Notes: generated by a model not told the origin, from the sequence alone. A stretch of DNA of 20,000 nt from an uncultured virus (IMG/VR IMGVR_UViG_3300023240_000015) (IMGVR_UViG_3300023240_000015); one strand, 5' to 3'; shown: positions 7,868 to 13,983, counted from the first letter of the stretch. Numbers and translations are program-made.

Positions 7868-7946
7868 GCGTTGGTATCCGCTTCGGCTTCGAACCGATTG
7901 AAACGGTAAAGGACGCATGGGATTTCGAAATTCCCCCGACGCACCA
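7868..7946 (+). tRNA. Non-canonical tRNA-like RNA, TCG (Arg) anticodon, no conventional D arm
   Basis: GCGTTGG/CCGACGC, TCGG-CTTCGAA-CCGA, T loop TTCGAAA, CCA; homologous to 13478-13556. Confidence 0.7.
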
Positions 7947-8052
7947 TTTGAATAATTTATCTAAACGATAAAGCCTGCACGTTTGAAGGTTCATGCGACC
8001 AATGATTACTACCATGTAGAGTCTCGCGAAACTGATCGGATGTATTTTCAAC

Positions 8053-8123
8053 CTCTGTATAATTAAATGGTATAATAAGCCTTTGATAAAGGCTCTTCGT
8101 TGGTTCGATTCCAGCTATAGAGA
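8053..8123 (+). tRNA. tRNA-Ile(GAT)
   Basis: CTCTGTA/TATAGAG, AGCCT-TTGATAA-AGGCT. Confidence 0.8.
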
Positions 8124-8136
8124 CATAATTTTCTAA

Positions 8137-8214
8137 CCTCCGTTAGCTCACGATTGGCAGAGCAAGCTCTTTATAAGAGCGAGGTAGCTGGATCGACGCC
8201 AGCACGGAGGACCA
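8137..8214 (+). tRNA. tRNA-Ile(TAT)
   Basis: CCTCCGT/ACGGAGG, GCTC-TTTATAA-GAGC, CCA. Confidence 0.8.
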
Positions 8215-8423
8215 AACATTTTTTGGTGCGTAGGCGAACACAACTCTTCGCCCACCAAAACATTTTTAACGAGACGGTGCTGCAAGGTTCGATCAGATCA
8301 TGATCTGTGAAAGACCCCAAGGAACGCACAATTAAAAAGTCTAATATAGTTTCACGACCTCATGAGGAAGTGTTACGACAATAAACACAGAAGGTTCGAA
8401 TCCCACTGGATGCACCAATTTAT

Positions 8424-8500
8424 TGCGGTCAGGTGGTCTGGTTGACCATTCAAGTTTCATAAGCTTGAGAGCTAGGTTCGATTCCTAGGACTCGCTACCA
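8424..8500 (+). tRNA. tRNA-Met(CAT), unpaired 1:72
   Basis: CAAGT-TTCATAA-GCTTG, CTAGG-TTCGATT-CCTAG, CCA; bulged acceptor stem. Confidence 0.7.
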
Positions 8501-8508
8501 TTTGTTGA

Positions 8509-8751
8509 GTAGTCGTAGAAGTAAAAATGATATGGAAGCATGGTGAAACGTTAAATAACTACACGAGGTTTTTCGAAGAAAAAAACACCGCCTTGCGATA
8601 TTTTTGCGAGAAAAGAGGCTACAAAGCGTTGATCTTAAATGTGTCTGATAATCCAGAATTTAACAAATTTTATAGAAAATATTTGAAACATTTTAATCGC
8701 AGGGTAGAGAAGGTGGTAACTCGGGGGTCTCATTCAGTAATCATGATGTGA
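8509..8751 (+). pseudogene. Probable C-terminal remnant of a PD-(D/E)XK endonuclease
   Basis: In-frame VVVEVK precedes ORF 8527-8751 (...EEKNTALRYFCEKRGYKALIL); the frame runs into a tRNA. Confidence 0.5.
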
Positions 8752-8799
8752 TTACTGAATAAGCCCTTTCATCGGATTCGAACGCCGCCCCCGCTACCA
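8698..8799 (+). tRNA. Initiator-type tRNA-Met(CAT) with a 27-nt palindromic insertion in the anticodon loop
   Basis: CGCAGGG start with C1 mismatch; GGGGT-CTCAT[insert]AA-GCCCT; irregular T arm; CCA. Confidence 0.65.
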
Positions 8800-8886
8800 T
8801 TTTTGCTACTATTTAAATTTTAATTTCAGAATAGCTACAAAACGATTCTGTTGACATCTAGGAAAGACTAGTGCCAATTTAAAAAT

Positions 8887-8961
8887 GGGAGATTAAGTTA
8901 TGCGGTAAACTTCGGATTTCATAAGTCCAGATAACGGATTCAGACGCCGTATCTCCTACCA
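8887..8961 (+). tRNA. tRNA with CAT anticodon (Met or Ile2), irregular T loop
   Basis: GGGAGAT/ATCTCCT, GGAT-TTCATAA-GTCC, CCA. Confidence 0.65.
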
Positions 8962-8971
8962 TACATTTTAA

Positions 8972-9051
8972 CGGAAATGGGACTGCTTGGCGTGGTCGCG
9001 TGATTTGGGATCACGATATTCAGCGGGATTCGATGGCCCGATTTCCGACCA
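8972..9051 (+). tRNA. tRNA-Pro(TGG)
   Basis: CGGAAAT/ATTTCCG, CGTGA-TTTGGGA-TCACG, CCA. Confidence 0.85.
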
Positions 9052-9073
9052 TATGACTTTGGGATTAGTTCGA

Positions 9074-9225
9074 TTCCACCTGTAAAGAACGTTCGTGAAA
9101 TCCTTTTTGTTTCGTAAACTTTCTGCGCGGTATATGATAGTTGACTAAGTGCAACAACCCCGCACCTTTTCTGAGTTATGCAGTTGCGATAAAACGCTAA
9201 ATAGATTGCAAACTCTATGGTGGAA
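9074..9225 (+). ncRNA. Putative structured RNA
   Basis: Closing TTCCACC/GGTGGAA; internal GAGTT..TGCAGTT/GATTGCA.AACTC. Confidence 0.4.
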
Positions 9226-9269
9226 GCTATGGTGAAAGCTGGCAACTTGCTTTGAAATGTTGTATTTAT

Positions 9270-9354
9270 GCGAGCGTGGCGAAATCGGCAGACGCGCCAG
9301 ATTTAGGATCTGGTTCCGCAAGGAGTGTGGGTTCAAGTCCCTCCGTTCGCACCA
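9270..9354 (+). tRNA. tRNA-Leu(TAG)
   Basis: Canonical class II cloverleaf, CCAGA-TTTAGGA-TCTGG, CCA. Confidence 0.95.
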
Positions 9355-9571
9355 AGTCTGGATGGGAATTGGAAACAAGACGGACTTCATAAATGTCTAC
9401 CTCACCGAATCGTTATTATTTGTGATAATCAAATGACGCAACCCTGTTTGCGAAAGAGGATAAACCTTAAACAGTTCAATTTATCATACTCCCCGCGCCT
9501 CTAAATGTATGCGTAATTCGGGGAGTCTTTTGAGAAATTTGATCACAGAGTTGTCTCTTAACCATTTATAT

Positions 9572-9651
9572 GTCTCGCTCGCCTAAATAGCTTAATGGCG
9601 TTTCCCTTCCAAGGAAAAATAATGAGGGCTGCTAATCCTCGCGGGATACCA
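9572..9651 (+). tRNA. tRNA-Gly(TCC), degenerate T loop
   Basis: GTCTCGC/GCGGGAT, TTTCC-CTTCCAA-GGAAA, CCA. Confidence 0.7.
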
Positions 9652-9654
9652 ATT

Positions 9655-9730
9655 TTGACTGATAGAGTCCTCCCCATCTAAGGGATTTGCCGGAAGGTGG
9701 TGGCGATTCAAAGAAAACTGGTTCAGTCGA
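9655..9730 (+). ncRNA. Small structured RNA
   Basis: Closing TTGACTGA/TCAGTCGA; internal GCC-GGAA-GGT. Confidence 0.4.
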
Positions 9731-9741
9731 TAATTTAAAAA

Positions 9742-9819
9742 CGCTAAGTGGTGTAGTTGGAACTCGCACGACATTCTGAAAAAATGAGGGAATCTGTTCG
9801 AATCAGATCTTAGCGGCCA
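9742..9819 (+). tRNA. tRNA-Phe(GAA)
   Basis: CGCTAAG/CTTAGCG, CATT-CTGAAAA-AATG, CCA. Confidence 0.75.
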
Positions 9820-9855
9820 TTATTCCGCTCGAATTAGAGCATGGAAAAATTTTAT

Positions 9856-9929
9856 GGGGCATAGCTGTGGTCAGCGGAGAATTCTTGCAAAATTCTTGTC
9901 TATGATTTCGATTATCATATGCTCCACCA
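9856..9929 (+). tRNA. tRNA-Ala(TGC)
   Basis: GGGGCAT/ATGCTCC with G3:U70, GAATT-CTTGCAA-AATTC, CCA; short D arm. Confidence 0.8.
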
Positions 9930-9934
9930 TTTAA

Positions 9935-10009
9935 GCGGGTGTCGTATAACGGCTATTATGGGGCATTGCCTATGCCCAGATGGGAGATCGTCCCTCCCCA
10001 CCCGCTCCA
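9935..10009 (+). tRNA. tRNA-Gly(GCC)
   Basis: GCGGGTG start, GGGCA-TTGCCTA-TGCCC, U73, CCA; atypical T loop. Confidence 0.8.
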
Positions 10010-10014
10010 ATTTT

Positions 10015-10148
10015 AAACATGAGGCGGAAATGTAAATGACGCAGCATTATCGAAAGAACTCTGGAACATCTACTAGTGATGCGAAATCCATTATTCTTAG
10101 AGATGAATCCTCCAAATGCAGGAGTGGGTCCAAATCCCACCATGTTTA
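10015..10148 (+). ncRNA. tRNA-shaped RNA with expanded anticodon and variable regions
   Basis: AAACATG/CATGTTT, GCG/CGC D stem, GCATTA/TGATGC, GTGGG-TCCAAAT-CCCAC. Confidence 0.55.
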
Positions 10149-10158
10149 AAGAATTTTA

Positions 10159-10234
10159 GTCCTCTGAGGGAGCAGGTGAACCCCAACCTCTGCAAAAGGT
10201 TTGTTGCTCGGTTCGATACCGAGAGATGACTCCA
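10159..10234 (+). tRNA. tRNA-Cys(GCA)
   Basis: AACCT-CTGCAAA-AGGTT, U73, CCA. Confidence 0.85.
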
Positions 10235-10276
10235 CTTTTTAATTGACAATATCTGAAATTTTGATATCTTCACCCT

Positions 10277-10504
10277 ATGAAGAAAATTATTGCAAACTTG
10301 GTGAGTTTTATATTTGAAATGATCGACCTTATATTTTGGTGTCTGTTTTTGTTTATGTTGTTGTTTATTGTTGCGGTAGCTTTTTACACCTTTGGGTGGC
10401 AATTATTGGCCGCTATCATTCTTATCCCGATCATCTTTTTTGGTTTTTATTTTATCTATGATGGTATTCGGTATATTTACGAATGGTCACAAAAAAACAA
10501 ATAA
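10277..10504 (+). CDS. Small membrane protein (two TM helices)
   Basis: Very hydrophobic 75-aa ORF with its own TTGACA at 10243. Confidence 0.7.
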   Translation: MKKIIANLVSFIFEMIDLIFWCLFLFMLLFIVAVAFYTFGWQLLAAIILIPIIFFGFYFIYDGIRYIYEWSQKNK

Positions 10505-10510
10505 TTTTAT

Positions 10511-10585
10511 GGTCTGCTCGCCAAGTGGGAAGGCCGAAGGTTTACATCCTTCCATGACTCCGTTCGATTCGGAGGCAGATCACCA
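10511..10585 (+). tRNA. tRNA-Val(TAC)
   Basis: GGTCTGC/GCAGATC, GAAGG-TTTACAT-CCTTC, CCA. Confidence 0.9.
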
Positions 10586-10590
10586 ATTTA

Positions 10591-10663
10591 GCGTATGGGA
10601 GATGAAATGTATATCAGGCAAAGTCCTCTCCAAGTGTAGGTTCAAGTCCTGCTACGCCCACCA
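10591..10663 (+). pseudogene. tRNA-like RNA lacking an anticodon arm
   Basis: GCGTA/TACGC, GTAGG-TTCAAGT-CCTGC, CCA. Confidence 0.5.
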
Positions 10664-10760
10664 TTTTTACGTAAAAGAAAATTCGATGGCCTTTCCTTAT
10701 AGGGCAACAAGATGTGAAACATTATCGAACGGTAAAAGTCCGTATATAGGGACAATTTAT

Positions 10761-10837
10761 GGAATCGTAGAAAGCTGGAAAATTCACTTCCCTGTCAAGG
10801 AAGCTACGTGTGGGTTCGAGTCCCATCGGTTCCGCCA
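10761..10837 (+). tRNA. tRNA-Asp(GTC)
   Basis: GGAATCG/CGGTTCC, CTTCC-CTGTCAA-GGAAG, G73, CCA. Confidence 0.9.
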
Positions 10838-10922
10838 TTTACGTAAAAGAAAACTGATGCACTTGTTGAGACGGGAGTGTGTGAAGATAGGGGTAAAAGT
10901 CCCAACTTGATCTCCAATTTCT

Positions 10923-10996
10923 GGAATCATAGCAAGCTGGAAAATGCGCCTCCCTGTCACGGAGATGATTTGAGGGTTCGAGTCCCTTTGGTTCCG
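10923..10996 (+). tRNA. tRNA-Asp(GTC), second copy
   Basis: GGAATCA/TGGTTCC, loop CTGTCAC; ends GCC without the final A. Confidence 0.9.
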
Positions 10997-10999
10997 CCT

Positions 11000-11866
11000 T
11001 TAAATACGCGAAGATTCTGTTGATATTCTTCTCAAAATTTCTTCTTTATGTTTCAAATGATCCGAATCAATAAGAATGATTTTCTGATTATCATCTTTCA
11101 CAGATTGGATTTTATTAGGCAACCAATCCTCGATATAAAATTTTCCTTTAATTTCCACCCACAACTTCAAATCTTCGAGATAAAAATCTGGATAATATTT
11201 CTTATTTTTCCCTCGGTAAATGTAATGAAAGAATGTAGTTGTGTTTTTAGACCATTTGATATTATTATCATCCAAAAGTTCGGCAAATTGCGCTTCGGAA
11301 CCCGAATCCATTTTGATACCATTATAAAAACAACGATGTAGTCGGGTGGAATTTTCTCTATATCCACCGAGATTAGGATTTTTATATGAACACGGTAAAC
11401 TACAAAATTTTCTTTGACTGCTTGACGGTGAGCAGTAAAATTCTTTATCACATATCAGACATGTTTTATAAGTTCCTGTTTTAATATGTATAGGTTGTGT
11501 GTAATTCTTTTTCGCATAAGCCGACATTTTATTCCTCAATTCAGGGGTCCATATAGATTCCCTTCGTGGAATATTAAATTTCGCAGCACACGAAGATGTG
11601 CAAAAATGATTAGAGGATTTCTTAAAATCTTTTAATGGTTTACATACATCTTTATCACATTGGGCACATTTGCATAAAATTCGATTACCAGAGTGTATTT
11701 CTAAACATCCCCGAGAACAGAAAAGCATATGATTTTTAGATTTCAAAATTCTCCTTTTATCCAATACAATTCGTTTTTTGGAAAAGAATTGTTTTTCGCA
11801 TCTTTCACATTTTAACTCAACGAGATCATGACTTTTTAATTTTGCTATATCGGATATAATATTCAT
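11000..11866 (-). CDS. PD-(D/E)XK homing-type endonuclease with zinc-ribbon repeats
   Basis: DSGSE...YYPDFYL....WVEIKG; three CxxC...FC(S/T)xxC repeats; start reassigned to ATG 11866 (TAAGTA 5 nt upstream). Confidence 0.85.
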   Translation of the reverse strand: MNIISDIAKLKSHDLVELKCERCEKQFFSKKRIVLDKRRILKSKNHMLFCSRGCLEIHSGNRILCKCAQCDKDVCKPLKDFKKSSNHFCTSSCAAKFNIPRRESIWTPELRNKMSAYAKKNYTQPIHIKTGTYKTCLICDKEFYCSPSSSQRKFCSLPCSYKNPNLGGYRENSTRLHRCFYNGIKMDSGSEAQFAELLDDNNIKWSKNTTTFFHYIYRGKNKKYYPDFYLEDLKLWVEIKGKFYIEDWLPNKIQSVKDDNQKIILIDSDHLKHKEEILRRISTESSRI

Positions 11867-11927
11867 ATAACTACTTACACTAAACGGGGTAGAAATCCAC
11901 CTAAAGTGCAAGTTTATTTTCAGAATT

Positions 11928-11981
11928 TAGGTGCATACAGCAATCAAAAAATTGTATATTAAACACAAAAAACTGCATCTA
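11928..11981 (+). ncRNA. CAGCAATCAA hairpin motif, copy 1
   Basis: TAGGTGCA-TACAGCAATCAA...AAAAAAC-TGCATCTA; homologous to 19753 and 19827. Confidence 0.7.
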
Positions 11982-11987
11982 GTTTTT

Positions 11988-12076
11988 ACTGCGATACCCT
12001 AACTGGTAAGGGACGAAGCTGTTAACTTCGCGTATTCCTCGAAAGAGGTATCTAGGTTCGAATCCTAGTTGCAGTG
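11988..12076 (+). tRNA. tRNA-Asn(GTT) with long variable arm
   Basis: ACTGCGA/TTGCAGT, CGAAG-CTGTTAA-CTTCG, CCTC-GAAA-GAGG arm. Confidence 0.8.
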
Positions 12077-12105
12077 CATCAGGTAGGGAACACCTACCAT
12101 TAAAT

Positions 12106-12244
12106 TTGAGTGTTAAGTGAGAATGATGGCCAACACACTTGTTCAGAAATGTCTAAGAGTTGGAGATTGCCGAGAGGTCTCCGCGCCTGTGGCTCCAATT
12201 TGTCCCTTGGGGATGGATATACAGAACGGTCTGTAGATGCTCAA
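12106..12244 (+). ncRNA. Putative structured RNA
   Basis: Closing TTGAGTGTT/GATGCTCAA; TTGGAG/CTCCAA, GGAGA/TCTCC, TACAGA/TCTGTA, TCCC/GGGA. Confidence 0.5.
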
Positions 12245-12255
12245 TTAATTTTAAA

Positions 12256-12329
12256 TCCCTTGATAGTTTAACATAATAGAACGAAGTCCGTGGGGACTTT
12301 GGCGCGGAGAATCACCGTGATGGGGACCA
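12256..12329 (+). pseudogene. Degenerate tRNA-like RNA
   Basis: AAGTC-CGTGGG-GACTT arm with a 6-nt loop; ends ACCA; poor T loop. Confidence 0.4.
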
Positions 12330-12341
12330 TTTTTATTAAAT

Positions 12342-12414
12342 TTCTTCGTAGCTCAATGCCCCAGAGCCTTGTGATAGTATACAAGAGATGTAGGTTCTAA
12401 CCCTATCGAAGAAT
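12342..12414 (+). pseudogene. tRNA-like RNA with an 8-nt non-canonical anticodon loop
   Basis: TTCTTCG/CGAAGAA, GCTC/GAGC, CTTGT-GATAGTAT-ACAAG, GTAGG/CCTAT. Confidence 0.55.
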
Positions 12415-12431
12415 TAATTTTGAATTTGATT

Positions 12432-12606
12432 GAGAGAACCAAAAAACTAAATACCCTGCATATAGTATATCGGGGTCTGGGTCATACCACAGTAGATCAT
12501 TGAATTGATCGAAGGATGATCCTAACCAAGCCATGTGTGAAAACAGGGCTTTGATACAGCAAGAACTAGTCGTGGAGTGTTACGCGAAAGACACCTTGGT
12601 TCTCTC
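12432..12606 (+). ncRNA. Putative structured RNA, 175 nt
   Basis: Perfect 11-bp closing stem GAGAGAACCAA/TTGGTTCTCTC with internal hairpins. Confidence 0.6.
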
Positions 12607-12652
12607 TTTCATATAATTTAAATGGGGCTTTAACCGCCCGAAAAAATTATAT

Positions 12653-12740
12653 GGATCATACTGAGGTAGGCTCCTCAAACTATTTTGAAAATAGTAGTAG
12701 CTCTAAAAGGCTAATCGTTCGATGCGATTATGATCCGCCA
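12653..12740 (+). tRNA. tRNA-Ser(TGA)
   Basis: GGATCAT/ATGATCC, ACTAT-TTTGAAA-ATAGT, long variable arm, G73, CCA. Confidence 0.8.
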
Positions 12741-12741
12741 T

Positions 12742-13003
12742 TTTTCTTGTTAGAGGTTGGCTTAGAAGCAGCAACGAATGATAAATTCTGATTGTCTATG
12801 ACAATTACCTTTAAAGAGTAGAGCGAAACGCGAGTCTCCGATATCAACGGTCCATATTTTATGGGTGTCTGTGATAACATGAGCGTGTCAAAGTTAGATA
12901 TTGACGTTCATGTTGGATTTCGTCTAACCGTGGAAGTAAAAGGATACCCCGTAAATGGTAAGGTCTGATTCTCTTTTGGCGTAATATGCACATAACAAGA
13001 AAA
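12742..13003 (+). ncRNA. RNA resembling the 23S rRNA L11-binding domain (H43/H44) with two insertions
   Basis: GAGGTTGGCTTAGAAGCAGC (12753-72), CCTTTAAAGAGT (12808-19) and GCGTAATA (12979-86) in rRNA order, closed by TTTTCTTGTTA/TAACAAGAAAA. Confidence 0.75.
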
Positions 13004-13012
13004 ATTTTTTAA

Positions 13013-13080
13013 TTCGAACTAGGGAATGGTAGTCACCCCGAATCAGGTATAGTCTTGGTTCGAGTCCAAGGTTCGCAGCA
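13013..13080 (+). pseudogene. tRNA-like RNA lacking an anticodon arm
   Basis: CGAAC/GTTCG, GGG/CCC D stem, CTTGG-TTCGAGT-CCAAG. Confidence 0.55.
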
Positions 13081-13203
13081 TACAATTTCTCTCACAAAAC
13101 GAGACAAACATTGGGGTATGGCCTAGATGGGTTAAATAAAAAGCGGTTATCGAGACCGTGATTAAAAAAGACTAGACGTTTGAGAGGGTGCATTTTTAAT
13201 TTC

Positions 13204-13277
13204 GATCCATTAGTGTAATGATAACACAAAACATTCTCAGTGTTTTATCGCGAGTTTGATTCTCGCACGGATCGCCA
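13204..13277 (+). tRNA. tRNA-Glu(CTC)
   Basis: GATCCAT/ACGGATC, AAACA-TTCTCAG-TGTTT, CCA. Confidence 0.8.
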
Positions 13278-13278
13278 A

Positions 13279-13438
13279 TTTTGCCAGCCGTATAGCAGTA
13301 CACACGCTATACGCACCTGATCATGAAATCTCCCTTTGAGAAAGGAGACCAAGGACGATTGGGCACTCGGGATCAATAAAGAGTCCAGATGAAATTCTCA
13401 CTCACCTGCTTTGCTGATATTCCCCGTAGCTGGTAAAA
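13279..13438 (+). ncRNA. Putative structured RNA
   Basis: Closing TTTTGCCAGC/GCTGGTAAAA; CGTATAGC/GCTATACG; TCTCC.CTTT/AAAGGAGA. Confidence 0.55.
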
Positions 13439-13477
13439 CTTTTTTAAATAATAAGTAGTTTCATATGGTTTAAATAT

Positions 13478-13556
13478 GCAATAGTAAACCCTCGGCTTGC
13501 GGAGCCGTAGAAAGGTTAAAGGACACATGAGATTTCGAAATTCTCCTATTGCACCA
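13478..13556 (+). tRNA. Non-canonical tRNA-like RNA, GCG (Arg) anticodon, no conventional D arm
   Basis: GCAATAG/CTATTGC, CGGC-TTGCGGA-GCCG, T loop TTCGAAA, CCA; homologous to 7868-7946. Confidence 0.7.
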
Positions 13557-13598
13557 TTTATTTGTTGACAATCCTCTAAACATGTTTATATTGGGGAG

Positions 13599-13979
13599 AT
13601 GAACATAAAACTGAATATACCGATAGAAGATGTAGAAGTTCTCGAATGGTGGTCCTTGGAGTTTATGAAACGAAAAGAAAAAATTCTTAAAAAACGGAGC
13701 ACTCCGGTTCGGGTGAGATTACTATCTAATCAACAATTTATCACCACCAAATCAAAGAAAACCATCTGGCCGAGTATCGGTGCGGCCAAGAGCGCACTTC
13801 GATTAGATTTTTCGGGTTTGGACGAATTCGTGCCTCGATGCGAGTGCCACGGTTATAATTATAGACATAAAATTACTAAAACCCACTTTCAAGATTGGAG
13901 AGAAAAGGTAGAAAGAGATGAAGCGGCATTTCAAGAATTTATTGAAAATTGGGTAGAGTTCGTCCCATGTCTGAGTTAA
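13599..13979 (+). CDS. Hypothetical protein
   Basis: 126-aa ORF; TTGACA at 13565. Confidence 0.7.
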   Translation: MNIKLNIPIEDVEVLEWWSLEFMKRKEKILKKRSTPVRVRLLSNQQFITTKSKKTIWPSIGAAKSALRLDFSGLDEFVPRCECHGYNYRHKITKTHFQDWREKVERDEAAFQEFIENWVEFVPCLS

Positions 13980-13983
13980 TATT

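Noticed and set aside
7950..8045. Hammerhead or HDV-like (theta) ribozyme after a tRNA
   Set aside because: I could not assemble the required core and helices by eye; an Infernal or RNArobo search would be needed.
8225..8417. tmRNA or intron-containing tRNA (GGTGCGT/ATGCACC ends, GGTTCGAATCC)
   Set aside because: Weak T stem, no tag ORF and no intron core; at most a degenerate tRNA 3' fragment.
9685..9700. SRP RNA from CCGGAAGG
   Set aside because: The flanking CAGG/AGCA internal loop is missing; it is only a GNRA hairpin.
7060..10910. Short ORFs overlapping tRNAs (7060, 7690, 7854, 8940, 9145, 9592, 10097, 10392; likewise 5707, 15886, 15928)
   Set aside because: They are explained by GC-richer RNA genes or shadow frames.
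12162..12182. Sarcin-ricin loop mimic (CGAGAGG)
   Set aside because: It lacks the AGUA/GAA bulged-G motif.
12742..13003. True rRNA gene or chimeric host contamination
   Set aside because: Only three short blocks match, separated by non-rRNA inserts and closed by a non-rRNA stem between phage tRNAs.
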